Positions 1 to 7,509 of a stretch of DNA of 26,495 nt are shown in pieces. The position numbers were made by a program, and so were the translations under genes. This DNA is from a virus (lineage: Duplodnaviria > Caudoviricetes). The notes under the pieces are model-generated. The model ran no database searches. It had not been told where the DNA came from and was given only the letters and a program-made list of their open reading frames with translations. The stretch covers positions 1 through 26,495 of the IMG/VR virus record IMGVR_UViG_3300048853_000022; one strand, written 5' to 3'. Position 1 is the stretch's first letter; every line of letters begins with the position of its first letter.

Positions 1-1113
1 AGCAACAAGGATCTTTCTCAACTGTCCCAGCTCCTGGCGGCACACGGCAAGCCTACCAGCGCCAGGGAGAAGAAAACCATCAAAGCCATCAAGCCAGCCA
101 ACGACAACAAGCCTGCTCGCGAGCAATTGGCTTGGCCAGCGCTTGAACGGCTCGCCTACCGTGGCGATTACCGCCGGCTTTTCGCCCTCCGCCATTGGAA
201 GAACATGGTGTTTCCGGGTTCTGAGATTGAGCCACCGGAGGAAAGCAATCTGGATCCGGAGACTACCATCGAAATTCGTCCCTCGGAGGCGGAGCTCCTC
301 GCCGCCGTCGGTTGGAAGGTGGTGGGCCGCGAACGCTGGCATTTCACGGGCGAGATCGTCAACACCTACGAGCAGAAGGTCTGCACGCCAAGCCACCACA
401 GGAACAAAAACAACGGCATTGATACCCAACTCGGTGACCTTCTCCTCCGTGATGGCGTATTGATTGAGTGGGGCAAGACGCGCAAGGGCAGGGCACTACG
501 CCCGGTCGAGCGCCCTCGTGGCGCGAAGGGAGGCAGCAATCCCGCAAGGTCTGACGCGGCAATTTGGGCATACCTGAAGCTGTCGGGTGCCGTGGCGTCA
601 CCATTGACGGCGAAGCCGTATTCAAAACCGCTTTCGGGCGTGCCGGCGCTGGTTCCAATGCTGGACCCACAGAAAGGGACGGAAGAGGCGCGAGATCTGC
701 TGCGCAGCCTTGGTGTGGACGGATCGGTGTCATTCGATCGCCTACCTGCACCAGCAACCAGGTGCCCAGACGGGCTCGTTGCTGGCCCGCAGTGGGTGGG
801 AGGAGTGAAGAAGCCGAAGCCCATGGGTGAAATATCAGCCCCAGCCGGCCGCGAGCCCGACTTTGTTCGGCAAACTGAGGCGTTGAACTATGTCGAATAC
901 CTACGTCTGCGCCTGGGCCGCCACGCAGAGGTACTCGATATGGCGATTGGCGACACGACCGCGAAGGAGATTGGCATCGCAATGGGCATGTCGCCTGCCT
1001 ACGCCGAAAAACGCGGATCGTCGCTGATCGACGCCGCGATTGATGCGCTGATCGATCTCGACGAGACGGCGCGAGTGGAAATTACGCCTGAGGAAGAAAA
1101 AATAGCAGCGTAA
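1..1113 (+). CDS. Phage protein, 5'-truncated; putative late-transcription regulator with a C-terminal HTH-like segment
   Basis: Frame 1 is open from base 1 (SNKDLSQLSQLLAAHGK...PANDNKPAREQLAW), so the gene starts upstream of the TTG at 127. The C-terminal VLDMAIGDTTAKEIGIAMGMSPAYAEKR resembles a sigma-region-4-type HTH. It lies just before the late operon. Function is inferred. Confidence 0.6.
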   Translation, partial: SNKDLSQLSQLLAAHGKPTSAREKKTIKAIKPANDNKPAREQLAWPALERLAYRGDYRRLFALRHWKNMVFPGSEIEPPEESNLDPETTIEIRPSEAELLAAVGWKVVGRERWHFTGEIVNTYEQKVCTPSHHRNKNNGIDTQLGDLLLRDGVLIEWGKTRKGRALRPVERPRGAKGGSNPARSDAAIWAYLKLSGAVASPLTAKPYSKPLSGVPALVPMLDPQKGTEEARDLLRSLGVDGSVSFDRLPAPATRCPDGLVAGPQWVGGVKKPKPMGEISAPAGREPDFVRQTEALNYVEYLRLRLGRHAEVLDMAIGDTTAKEIGIAMGMSPAYAEKRGSSLIDAAIDALIDLDETARVEITPEEEKIAA

Positions 1114-1169
1114 TATCCGGTCAGGCGTATCTTCATTCCGTATTTTATTGAAGGGGTGAAATTGCCCCG

Positions 1170-1198
1170 AAGGCCGCCTTGTGCGGCCTTTTTGCTTT
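1170..1198 (+). terminator. Intrinsic terminator
   Basis: Stem AAGGCCGC / loop CTTGT / GCGGCCTT followed by TTTGCTTT. Confidence 0.8.
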
Positions 1199-1240
1199 GA
1201 GGCGCTGTCGGGCCGCGGACGTTCTAAACTCGCGAGCATT

Positions 1241-1333
1241 GCCGGGACTGCCTCTTCCCCATTGCCTGGCGCTGCCTCCTCTCGGCGACGGGCGATCATG
1301 CGGCCGGCTCCCAGCGATGGTTGAGCTGGCCGC
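1241..1333 (+). ncRNA. Putative structured RNA (cuckoo/alpha-r14-like hairpin with anti-SD loop, or late leader)
   Basis: 14-bp stem 1261-1296 (one mismatch, G-U pairs) with loop CCUCCUCU; second 11-bp stem 1300-1333; upstream CCUCUUCCCC at 1251-1260. Confidence 0.4.
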
Positions 1334-1487
1334 TTCTTGCCGCTGGTGCGGGCGCTTAAACCCCTTTTGAATGTTTTTGCCTATACTCCGAATCGAAATC
1401 TCGATAACGTCCAACGCGGGAACGATCTGGAAATGGTCGGAGTTTCGCCCTTATCTTTGCTTATAGGGGTGGATCAAGGGAAGCAAA

Positions 1488-1958
1488 ATGGTCACCGCAG
1501 TAGAAGTGAGTAGATGGTTCGTCGGTTCGATAGACCGCGAAGCAGGAGACTCAATAACTCATTTGAAGGTTCAGAAGCTCGTGTACTACGCACAGGCGTG
1601 GTCGCTTGCGCTCAGAGGTGAGCCCCTCTTCGATGAAGAGATCAGGGCTTGGGCACACGGACCAGTAGCTGAGTCCGTATACAGAGAATACGAAGGCTCT
1701 TCATGGAATGCACTTCCTGCTCCGGCGGAAATGCCCGATTTTCCATCAGAGGTGGAGGAACACCTCTCTGAGATCCTCGGTGCCTACGGCGGAATGTCTG
1801 CAAAGCAACTTGAGCTGCTCACGCATGCGGAACGGCCATGGATAGACGCGCGGGGTGATCTTCCGCCAGAGGCGCGATCGAGCAACGTGATCTCGAAGCG
1901 AGCAATGGCAGACTACTACGCTAAACTGTATGCAGAGGCAGAAGGTGGCGAAGAATAA
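1488..1958 (+). CDS. Panacea-domain antitoxin (DUF4065/SocA/GepA family)
   Basis: Signature motifs ITHLKVQKLVYYAQAW, PLFDEEIRAWAHGPV and LELLTHAERPW. Confidence 0.92.
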   Translation: MVTAVEVSRWFVGSIDREAGDSITHLKVQKLVYYAQAWSLALRGEPLFDEEIRAWAHGPVAESVYREYEGSSWNALPAPAEMPDFPSEVEEHLSEILGAYGGMSAKQLELLTHAERPWIDARGDLPPEARSSNVISKRAMADYYAKLYAEAEGGEE

Positions 1959-2397
1959 ATTCGGCAAAGTCGCTGCCGAACAAAAGAAAAACGCCCTCGA
2001 GTTCAACGATTTCGAGAAATTTGTGTTGAATGCGGAAAAACTCTCTGATGGAGAGATGCCGCATGTCAACATGAAGTACTACACCTCATCATTTGAATGC
2101 TTTTCGTCCTGGTCTTCAGAGGATATGAAGTCGTTCTCCAGCTTCATCGACAAACTTCGTCAGATGAAGTGGAGCGACATCTATAAAACCGGTGGGAGGT
2201 TGGGCAATAAAACCGGACTCGGTTACACGCTTATTGACCGAAAGAAGTTGCCGGACAACGAAATGCTGGAGAAGGTGAGTGAGGACATAACCTTCTTTGA
2301 ATTGCGCGTGGACAGAACGAAGCGCGTTCACGGTTTTCGGTGTCTCGACGCGTTCTACCTAGTCTACCTAGATCGAGATCATCGCATTTGCCAGTAA
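1945..2397 (+). CDS. Putative toxin partner of the Panacea antitoxin, RelE/ParE-like fold
   Basis: Overlaps the antitoxin stop. Likely start is GTG 1945; the ORF track uses ATG 1930 in the same frame. C-terminal FELRVDRTKRVHGFRCLDAFYLVYLDRDHRI has the RelE-like pattern ELR...R.(h)G...(h)(h)(h)(h)D..H. Confidence 0.65.
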   Translation: MAKNKFGKVAAEQKKNALEFNDFEKFVLNAEKLSDGEMPHVNMKYYTSSFECFSSWSSEDMKSFSSFIDKLRQMKWSDIYKTGGRLGNKTGLGYTLIDRKKLPDNEMLEKVSEDITFFELRVDRTKRVHGFRCLDAFYLVYLDRDHRICQ

Positions 2398-2533
2398 CTG
2401 CAGGCTACAGCCATTTCGTTCCCCGGCATCAAATTGACCAGACGAACTTGGCGCCACACAGCGGCCTCCGCCTACCACGTCTGGTACGGCCTCAAGGCTC
2501 GGCAACTCCACGTCGCGGATTGAGCGGCCGCAA

Positions 2534-2755
2534 TTAGACGATCAACTGAACGATGTGAGCGAACGGGGTCATCGCCCACTTGCCGCTGCCATCCTTCGCC
2601 GTCCGATAGATTATGAAGTCGCGGCCGACCGTGAACTCCGCATGCATGGTGATCTCGTTGCCAGTCGAGAGCACAGCGCGGAGTTCGGTCACATGGCGAT
2701 CCTTGATTTGCTCGCTGATTAAGTCAACCAGCGCTTGATTGAGAACGCTTGCCAT
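2534..2755 (-). CDS. Hypothetical 73-aa protein
   Basis: Clean ORF with a plausible RBS and protein-like composition, 38 bp downstream of the co-oriented DUF3606 gene. Confidence 0.7.
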   Translation of the reverse strand: MASVLNQALVDLISEQIKDRHVTELRAVLSTGNEITMHAEFTVGRDFIIYRTAKDGSGKWAMTPFAHIVQLIV

Positions 2756-2793
2756 TTGAAGCCCCGAGTTTCCTTCGCATCATACACGATCGC

Positions 2794-2976
2794 TTAGCCC
2801 TTCAAACGGCTTGCCGCCTTGTCGGCAGCGTCGCGGTCGTTGCCATGTTGTTTAATGATGCGGCGTGCGTCCGCGGCGGTGATGCCGTGCTTCTTCGCGA
2901 AGTAGTCGAGCTCGTACTTCTGCGTGCCGGCAACCAGTCGTCGATCCGCTGCGGTCTTGGTCTTGTCGTCTGCCAT
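2794..2976 (-). CDS. DUF3606-family small protein (60 aa)
   Basis: MADDKTKTAADRRLVAGTQKYELDYFAKKHGIT...IIKQHGNDR is the typical DUF3606 pattern; strong RBS AAGGAG upstream of ATG 2976. Confidence 0.85.
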   Translation of the reverse strand: MADDKTKTAADRRLVAGTQKYELDYFAKKHGITAADARRIIKQHGNDRDAADKAASRLKG

Positions 2977-3004
2977 CAGAGGTCTCCTTCCGTGCAGGGG
3001 AAAC

Positions 3005-3029
3005 AACGCAGACGAGAATCGCAGGTTCC
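3005..3029 (-). promoter_or_regulatory. EcfG/RpoE2/SigT general-stress sigma promoter
   Basis: Minus strand reads GGAAC-ctgcgattctcgtctg(16 nt)-CGTT, matching the alphaproteobacterial GGAAC-N16/17-CGTT consensus, 28 nt upstream of the DUF3606 start. Confidence 0.78.
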
Positions 3030-3030
3030 A

Positions 3031-3402
3031 TTGCCAACACGCGCTCAGCCGTTCCGCCCGCCGTCGCAACGCACGACACTCGAGCGCAAGCGTGATGCCG
3101 ATCGCAACCGATATGACACGCCCTGGCGCGCCTGGTACGGCACGAAACGCTGGCGATCGATCCGAGAGGCGCAGCTAAGTGCGCATCCTCTTTGTGTCAT
3201 GTGCCTCGAAGATGAGGTCGTGGAGCCTGCAACTGTTTGTGACCACGTGACGCCGCATCGAGGAAATGAGGAGCTCTTCTGGTCTGGGCCGTTCCAGTCG
3301 CTGTGCACTCATCACCATAACAGCGCCAAGCAGCGCGAGGAGCGCAAAGGGGAGGGGTACGGAACACCTCTCCAGCCGTTCCGCCGCGAACCGGCGGCCT
3401 AA
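3031..3402 (+). CDS. HNH endonuclease, terminase-associated (HK97 gp74-like)
   Basis: WYGTKRWRSIREAQL..HPLCVMC...ATVCDHVTPH...QSLCTHHHNSAK; directly upstream of terS. Start placed at TTG 3031 rather than 2749. Confidence 0.88.
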   Translation: MPTRAQPFRPPSQRTTLERKRDADRNRYDTPWRAWYGTKRWRSIREAQLSAHPLCVMCLEDEVVEPATVCDHVTPHRGNEELFWSGPFQSLCTHHHNSAKQREERKGEGYGTPLQPFRREPAA

Positions 3403-3430
3403 GAAAAATTTCACATCCGCAAAATTCGGA
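3345..3430. other. Probable cos (packaging initiation) region
   Basis: HNH-terS junction with a G-rich tract, the inverted repeat CCGCCG-cgaac-CGGCGG (3381-3397) and A/T tracts. HNH-cos-terS is the usual layout in HK97-like cos phages. The cut site cannot be read from sequence alone. Confidence 0.35.
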
Positions 3431-3446
3431 ATCGGAGTTTGGTGCC

Positions 3447-3830
3447 ATGGCAAGGCCGAGGAAGCCGACGGCTGCCCTCGAATTGAAGGGCGCCTTCAAG
3501 AAAGATCCGCAACGCAAGAGCGCGCGCGGCGGCGAGCCCAAGCCGACTGGCCCAGTCGGATCTGCGCCCGAATGCTTCGATGCGGACGAGCGCAAACTTT
3601 GGGACGAGCTCGCCGGCTACGGCTTTTGGCTGGCGGACGCAGACAGGCTGCTGCTCGAGATCGCAGTGAAGCTGATGGTGCTGTTCCGCAAGAGCGCCCT
3701 CGATGGCGGCGGCATTTCCAAACTGATCGGCGCACTGGCCAAGCTCGGCTTCAGCCCGACCGACCGCAGCAAGGTTCAGGCGCCGGGCGCCAAGGAGCCG
3801 GAAGCAGATCCCTTCGCCGATTTCAAGTGA
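3447..3830 (+). CDS. terS: Terminase small subunit (P27-like)
   Basis: MARPRKPTAALELKG N-terminus and LGFSPTDRSKV C-terminal motif; immediately before terL. Confidence 0.88.
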   Translation: MARPRKPTAALELKGAFKKDPQRKSARGGEPKPTGPVGSAPECFDADERKLWDELAGYGFWLADADRLLLEIAVKLMVLFRKSALDGGGISKLIGALAKLGFSPTDRSKVQAPGAKEPEADPFADFK

Positions 3831-3834
3831 GATC

Positions 3835-5553
3835 ATGGAACATGTTGTCGATGCTGAGAAATATCCGCACGTTGCGGCCGGCTACCGTTATGCTGTTGAT
3901 GTGGTTGGAGGCCGCATTCCAGCGTGCGAGTACGTACGGCAGGCGTGCCAGCGGCAGCTGGATGATATTGCCCGATCGGTGAGCGCTGAAGAGTGGTTGT
4001 ATTACTTCGACCATGACGCTGCGGAGCGTGTTTGCAAGTTCACTTGTTTCCTCCCGCACATCAAAGGACCGCTCGCCGGCCAGAATCTTACGCTCGAGCC
4101 GTGGCAGTCATTCATTCTAACCACCGCGTTCGGCTGGCTGCGGCACGACAATGGCAAGCGTCGCTACCGTCGCGCCTACACGGAAGTGCCTCGTGGCAAC
4201 GGCAAGACGACCTTGTCTGACGGTCCGGCGCTATACTGCGGTTTTGGCGAGAAAGAAGGCGGGGCCGAAGTCTACTCGGCGGCACGCACAAGAGATCAAG
4301 CCAAGGTCGCGTTTTCGGCTGCACAGGCGATGCTTCGTCGCGCTACCGCGTTGCGGACGGCGCTCGGCATCGATGTTGAGGCGCACCGCATTATTCAGAT
4401 GCGGTCGAACAGCTATTTTGAAGCGCTTTCCGCAGATGCCGACTCCCTCGACGGCAAAAACGTTCACTTCGCCCTCATAGATGAGTTGCACGCCCACCGC
4501 GACCGAAGCGTTTACGACGCTATCGAAACGGGCGCCGGCAAACGCAACCAGTCAATGGTTTGGGCCATCACAACGGCGGGCGCCGACAAGACCGGTATTT
4601 GCTACGAGCATCGCGCCTACACGATCAACATTCTGAAGGGCACCGCGCAGGACGACACCTACTTCGGAATTATCTACACAATCGACAAGGACGACGATTG
4701 GACCGAAGAGGCGACTTGGCGCAAGGCCAATCCCAACTACGGGGTATCCGTCGAGCCGGAACACATTGCAGCTCTTTGCCGTAAGGCGATGTCATCGCCA
4801 GCATCTCAGGCCAACTTCTTGACGAAGCACCTGAACGTTTGGATCCAGACGAACGAGGCGCTTTACGACATGCGCGCCTGGGACCGGTGCTTTGACGAAG
4901 ATCTAGACATTGAGGACTTCGCCGGCGAGCCCTGCCGTATCGCGGTCGACTTGGCATCGAAGGTGGATATTGCTGCTGTCGTGGCACTATTCGAGCGCGG
5001 CGACAAGGTTTACCCGTTCGCTCGCTTCTACGTGCCGGAGCAGGCAATCATTGAAAGCCGCAACGATTCGTACCGTGGGTGGGAAGCTGAAGGCAAGCTA
5101 ATCGCCACGCCGGGCGATGTGATCGACATCGACAGGATCGAGCAGGACATCCTTGAGATGTCGAGCCGATTTCATGTCCTTGAGGTCGCGTATGACCCTT
5201 GGCAGGCGCAGCAGATGGCCAACCACTTGGCCGAGCAGGGCGCCAACGTCGTCGAATACCGGCAAACGGTGCAGAACTTCTCAGAGCCAACAAAGGAGCT
5301 CGACGCGCTGATGCGATCTGGCAAGATCGCGCACCCATATGGGCCGCGCGACCCGCTGTCGTGGATGGTTGGCAATGTCGTCGGCCACTACGACGCAAAA
5401 GAGAACGTCTATCCGCGCAAAGAGCGGCCAGAAAACAAGATAGATGGCGCAATCGCGCTGATCATGACCCTTGGGCTGCACCTGCGGTCATCGGCGGGCG
5501 CCCCGGCCCCGTCCCCCTGGGAAAATCCCGATTTCAAGATAGCGGTGGTTTGA
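3835..5553 (+). CDS. terL: Terminase large subunit
   Basis: LEPWQ adenine-binding motif, Walker A VPRGNGKTT, Walker B LIDELH, ITTAG coupling motif, nuclease DLA...YDPW...KIDG. Confidence 0.98.
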   Translation: MEHVVDAEKYPHVAAGYRYAVDVVGGRIPACEYVRQACQRQLDDIARSVSAEEWLYYFDHDAAERVCKFTCFLPHIKGPLAGQNLTLEPWQSFILTTAFGWLRHDNGKRRYRRAYTEVPRGNGKTTLSDGPALYCGFGEKEGGAEVYSAARTRDQAKVAFSAAQAMLRRATALRTALGIDVEAHRIIQMRSNSYFEALSADADSLDGKNVHFALIDELHAHRDRSVYDAIETGAGKRNQSMVWAITTAGADKTGICYEHRAYTINILKGTAQDDTYFGIIYTIDKDDDWTEEATWRKANPNYGVSVEPEHIAALCRKAMSSPASQANFLTKHLNVWIQTNEALYDMRAWDRCFDEDLDIEDFAGEPCRIAVDLASKVDIAAVVALFERGDKVYPFARFYVPEQAIIESRNDSYRGWEAEGKLIATPGDVIDIDRIEQDILEMSSRFHVLEVAYDPWQAQQMANHLAEQGANVVEYRQTVQNFSEPTKELDALMRSGKIAHPYGPRDPLSWMVGNVVGHYDAKENVYPRKERPENKIDGAIALIMTLGLHLRSSAGAPAPSPWENPDFKIAVV

Positions 5554-6821
5554 TGTGGCCATTTAGAAAAGCCGCCGCGGAAACGCGAGCGAGCTTAGAA
5601 AACCCGAGCGTTCCGCTCTCCGACGTCAATGCCTGGCGCACGCTGATGGGCGAGTGGCACGGCGTTGCTGGCGTTGTCGTGACGCACGAAACGGCGCTCG
5701 AGGTGCCGGCGGTGTGGTGCGCTGTAAACTTCATCGCCAACACCATCGCCAGTCTTCCGCTGCAGGTATTCAGGAAGAGCGGAGAGGGACGCGACACCGT
5801 TGAGTCTGATCCGCTCTACGGCATCCTGCATGACGCGCCGAACGACGAACTCACGTCATTCATGTGGCGTAAGGGCACGATGGTCAACGTTCTACTGCGT
5901 GGCCGCGGTGTTTCGTTCATTGAGCGAAACAAGGCCGGCAGGGTGATGAACATCTGGCCCCTCGACACCGACAAGTTGACGATTGAGCGCAAGAGCGGCC
6001 GCAAGCTTTACCACTACGATGACGGTGGACGGAAAGTCACTTATGCCGCCACCGAAGTTCTCGACCTGACCTTCATGCTGAAGCCGGATGGCGTGTCTCA
6101 CGTCGACCCGGTGACGAAGCTGAAGGGTGCTGTTGGGCTTTCGCTTGCACTCGACGAGTATGCTCGCAAGTTCTTTGCGAACGGTGGCGTGCCGCCGCTG
6201 GCGCTCTATGGGCCGATGCCTTCGCCGGCTGCGGCTGCAAGGGCGTCGCAAGACGTCGAGAAGGCTGTTCGAGAAGCCAACGCCGAGCGTCGAAACGTCA
6301 TGATCATGCCGACAGGGCATGAGCTGAAGGCGGTAGGCGTTGATCCTGATAAATCGCAGATGGTGGAGTCCCGCCGGATGCAGATCGAGGAGATCGCACG
6401 TATTTACGGCCTACCGCCGGTCTTCCTGCAGGACCTGACACACGGCACGTTCAGCAACACGGAACAGCAAGACCTCGCGTTGACCAAGCACCTTATTTCC
6501 CAGTGGGTTAAGGCTTGGGAGCAGGAGTTGAATCTCAAGCTGTTCTCAGCGCGTAACCGCACCAAATTCTGCGAATTCAATATCGACGGATTGCTTCGCG
6601 GCGAGTTCCGCACCCGCATGGAAGGCTACGCCAAGGGCATCCAGAACGCCATTTACACACCCGATGAGGTGCGCGCGATGGAGAACTGGCCGAAGCATGG
6701 CGGCGAGGCGGAAAAGCTTCATATCCAAGGCGCCACAGTTCCTCTGGGCATGCAAAGCATGGCGGCAAAGCTGGCCCCTGCAAACGACAACAATCCAGAC
6801 GATGAGGCAAATGCCGCATGA
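5553..6821 (+). CDS. Portal protein, HK97 family
   Basis: ATG overlaps the terL stop (TGATG); AVWCAVNFIANTIASLPL, FFANGGVP, EIARIYGLPP, TFSNTEQQ and TPDEVRAMEN motifs. Confidence 0.96.
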   Translation: MWPFRKAAAETRASLENPSVPLSDVNAWRTLMGEWHGVAGVVVTHETALEVPAVWCAVNFIANTIASLPLQVFRKSGEGRDTVESDPLYGILHDAPNDELTSFMWRKGTMVNVLLRGRGVSFIERNKAGRVMNIWPLDTDKLTIERKSGRKLYHYDDGGRKVTYAATEVLDLTFMLKPDGVSHVDPVTKLKGAVGLSLALDEYARKFFANGGVPPLALYGPMPSPAAAARASQDVEKAVREANAERRNVMIMPTGHELKAVGVDPDKSQMVESRRMQIEEIARIYGLPPVFLQDLTHGTFSNTEQQDLALTKHLISQWVKAWEQELNLKLFSARNRTKFCEFNIDGLLRGEFRTRMEGYAKGIQNAIYTPDEVRAMENWPKHGGEAEKLHIQGATVPLGMQSMAAKLAPANDNNPDDEANAA

Positions 6822-7438
6822 CCAAGATTGAAAAACGGGGTGGCACTCTTGGCGTTGAAACTCGAGCTGCCGATGAAAAGCGCACGCTTGTCGGGTATGC
6901 AGCGATCTTTGATTCTGCCGCAGACATTGGTGGTTGGTGGACTGAGCGCATCGCGCCTGGTGCGTTCGCCGGCACGATTGGCGGCGACGTTCGCGCGCTC
7001 GTCGATCATGACATGGGCCGCGTGATCGGGAGGACTGCCAGCGGCACGCTGCGCCTGTCCGAAGACAGTAAAGGCCTTCGCTGCGAGATCGATATTCCGA
7101 ACACGACGGACGGCAACGACCTTTGGGAGCTTGTCGAACGGGGTGATATTTCGGGGATGAGCTTTGGCTTTCGGGTGACGAAGCAAGAGTGGGACGAGAC
7201 GATCGATCCTCCCGTGCGCACCATTCAAGCCGTTGATCTTATCGAGGTTAGCGCCGTCGCGTGGCCAGCCTACGATGACACCGAAATCGGCAAGCGGGCA
7301 CTGCAGGAATGGCGAGATGCCCGTTCCGTCGACGACAACCTCAATATTACAGATCCGGCGGCAGCGCCGGTAAGCAGGGCGGCGCACAGAGCCCGCCTGA
7401 AAATGGACCTTGATCTCAAGGTCCGCAGCACGCGCTGA
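6818..7438 (+). CDS. Prohead maturation protease, HK97 family (S78)
   Basis: GYAAIF, ERIAPGAF, LVDHD (catalytic His), GMSFGF (catalytic Ser), LIEVSAVAWPAY. Confidence 0.96.
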   Translation: MTKIEKRGGTLGVETRAADEKRTLVGYAAIFDSAADIGGWWTERIAPGAFAGTIGGDVRALVDHDMGRVIGRTASGTLRLSEDSKGLRCEIDIPNTTDGNDLWELVERGDISGMSFGFRVTKQEWDETIDPPVRTIQAVDLIEVSAVAWPAYDDTEIGKRALQEWRDARSVDDNLNITDPAAAPVSRAAHRARLKMDLDLKVRSTR

Positions 7439-7471
7439 CCAAGCGCTGTCACCCACCAAAAGTGATCCAAT

Positions 7472-7498
7472 GAGCTCGCTTCCGCGGGCTCTTTTCTT
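7472..7498 (+). terminator. Terminator-shaped hairpin directly upstream of the capsid RBS
   Basis: GAGCTCGC-ttcc-GCGGGCTC followed by TTTTCTT; RBS GGAGA at 7501. Confidence 0.6.
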
Positions 7499-7509
7499 AT
7501 GGAGACTCC

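Noticed and set aside
1200-1260. Possible tRNA (GTTCTAAA resembles a T-loop)
   Set aside because: No cloverleaf, acceptor stem or D-arm could be built.
1367-1470. Sigma70 promoter or LexA box for the Panacea operon
   Set aside because: TTGAAT and TATACT are only 9 nt apart and no GTTC-N7-GTTC box was found, so no specific site can be supported.
2398-2533. Imperfect inverted repeats between the toxin and the 73-aa gene
   Set aside because: Pairing is weak and interrupted with no U-tract; not distinguishable from chance in GC-rich DNA.
2749-3030. Extended HNH N-terminus
   Set aside because: It overlaps the well-supported antisense DUF3606 gene and its promoter; HNH-like sequence begins near 3031.
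5199-5552. Extended portal N-terminus from the ORF track
   Set aside because: It lies inside terL; the TGATG coupling and the typical MWPFRK start place the start at 5553.
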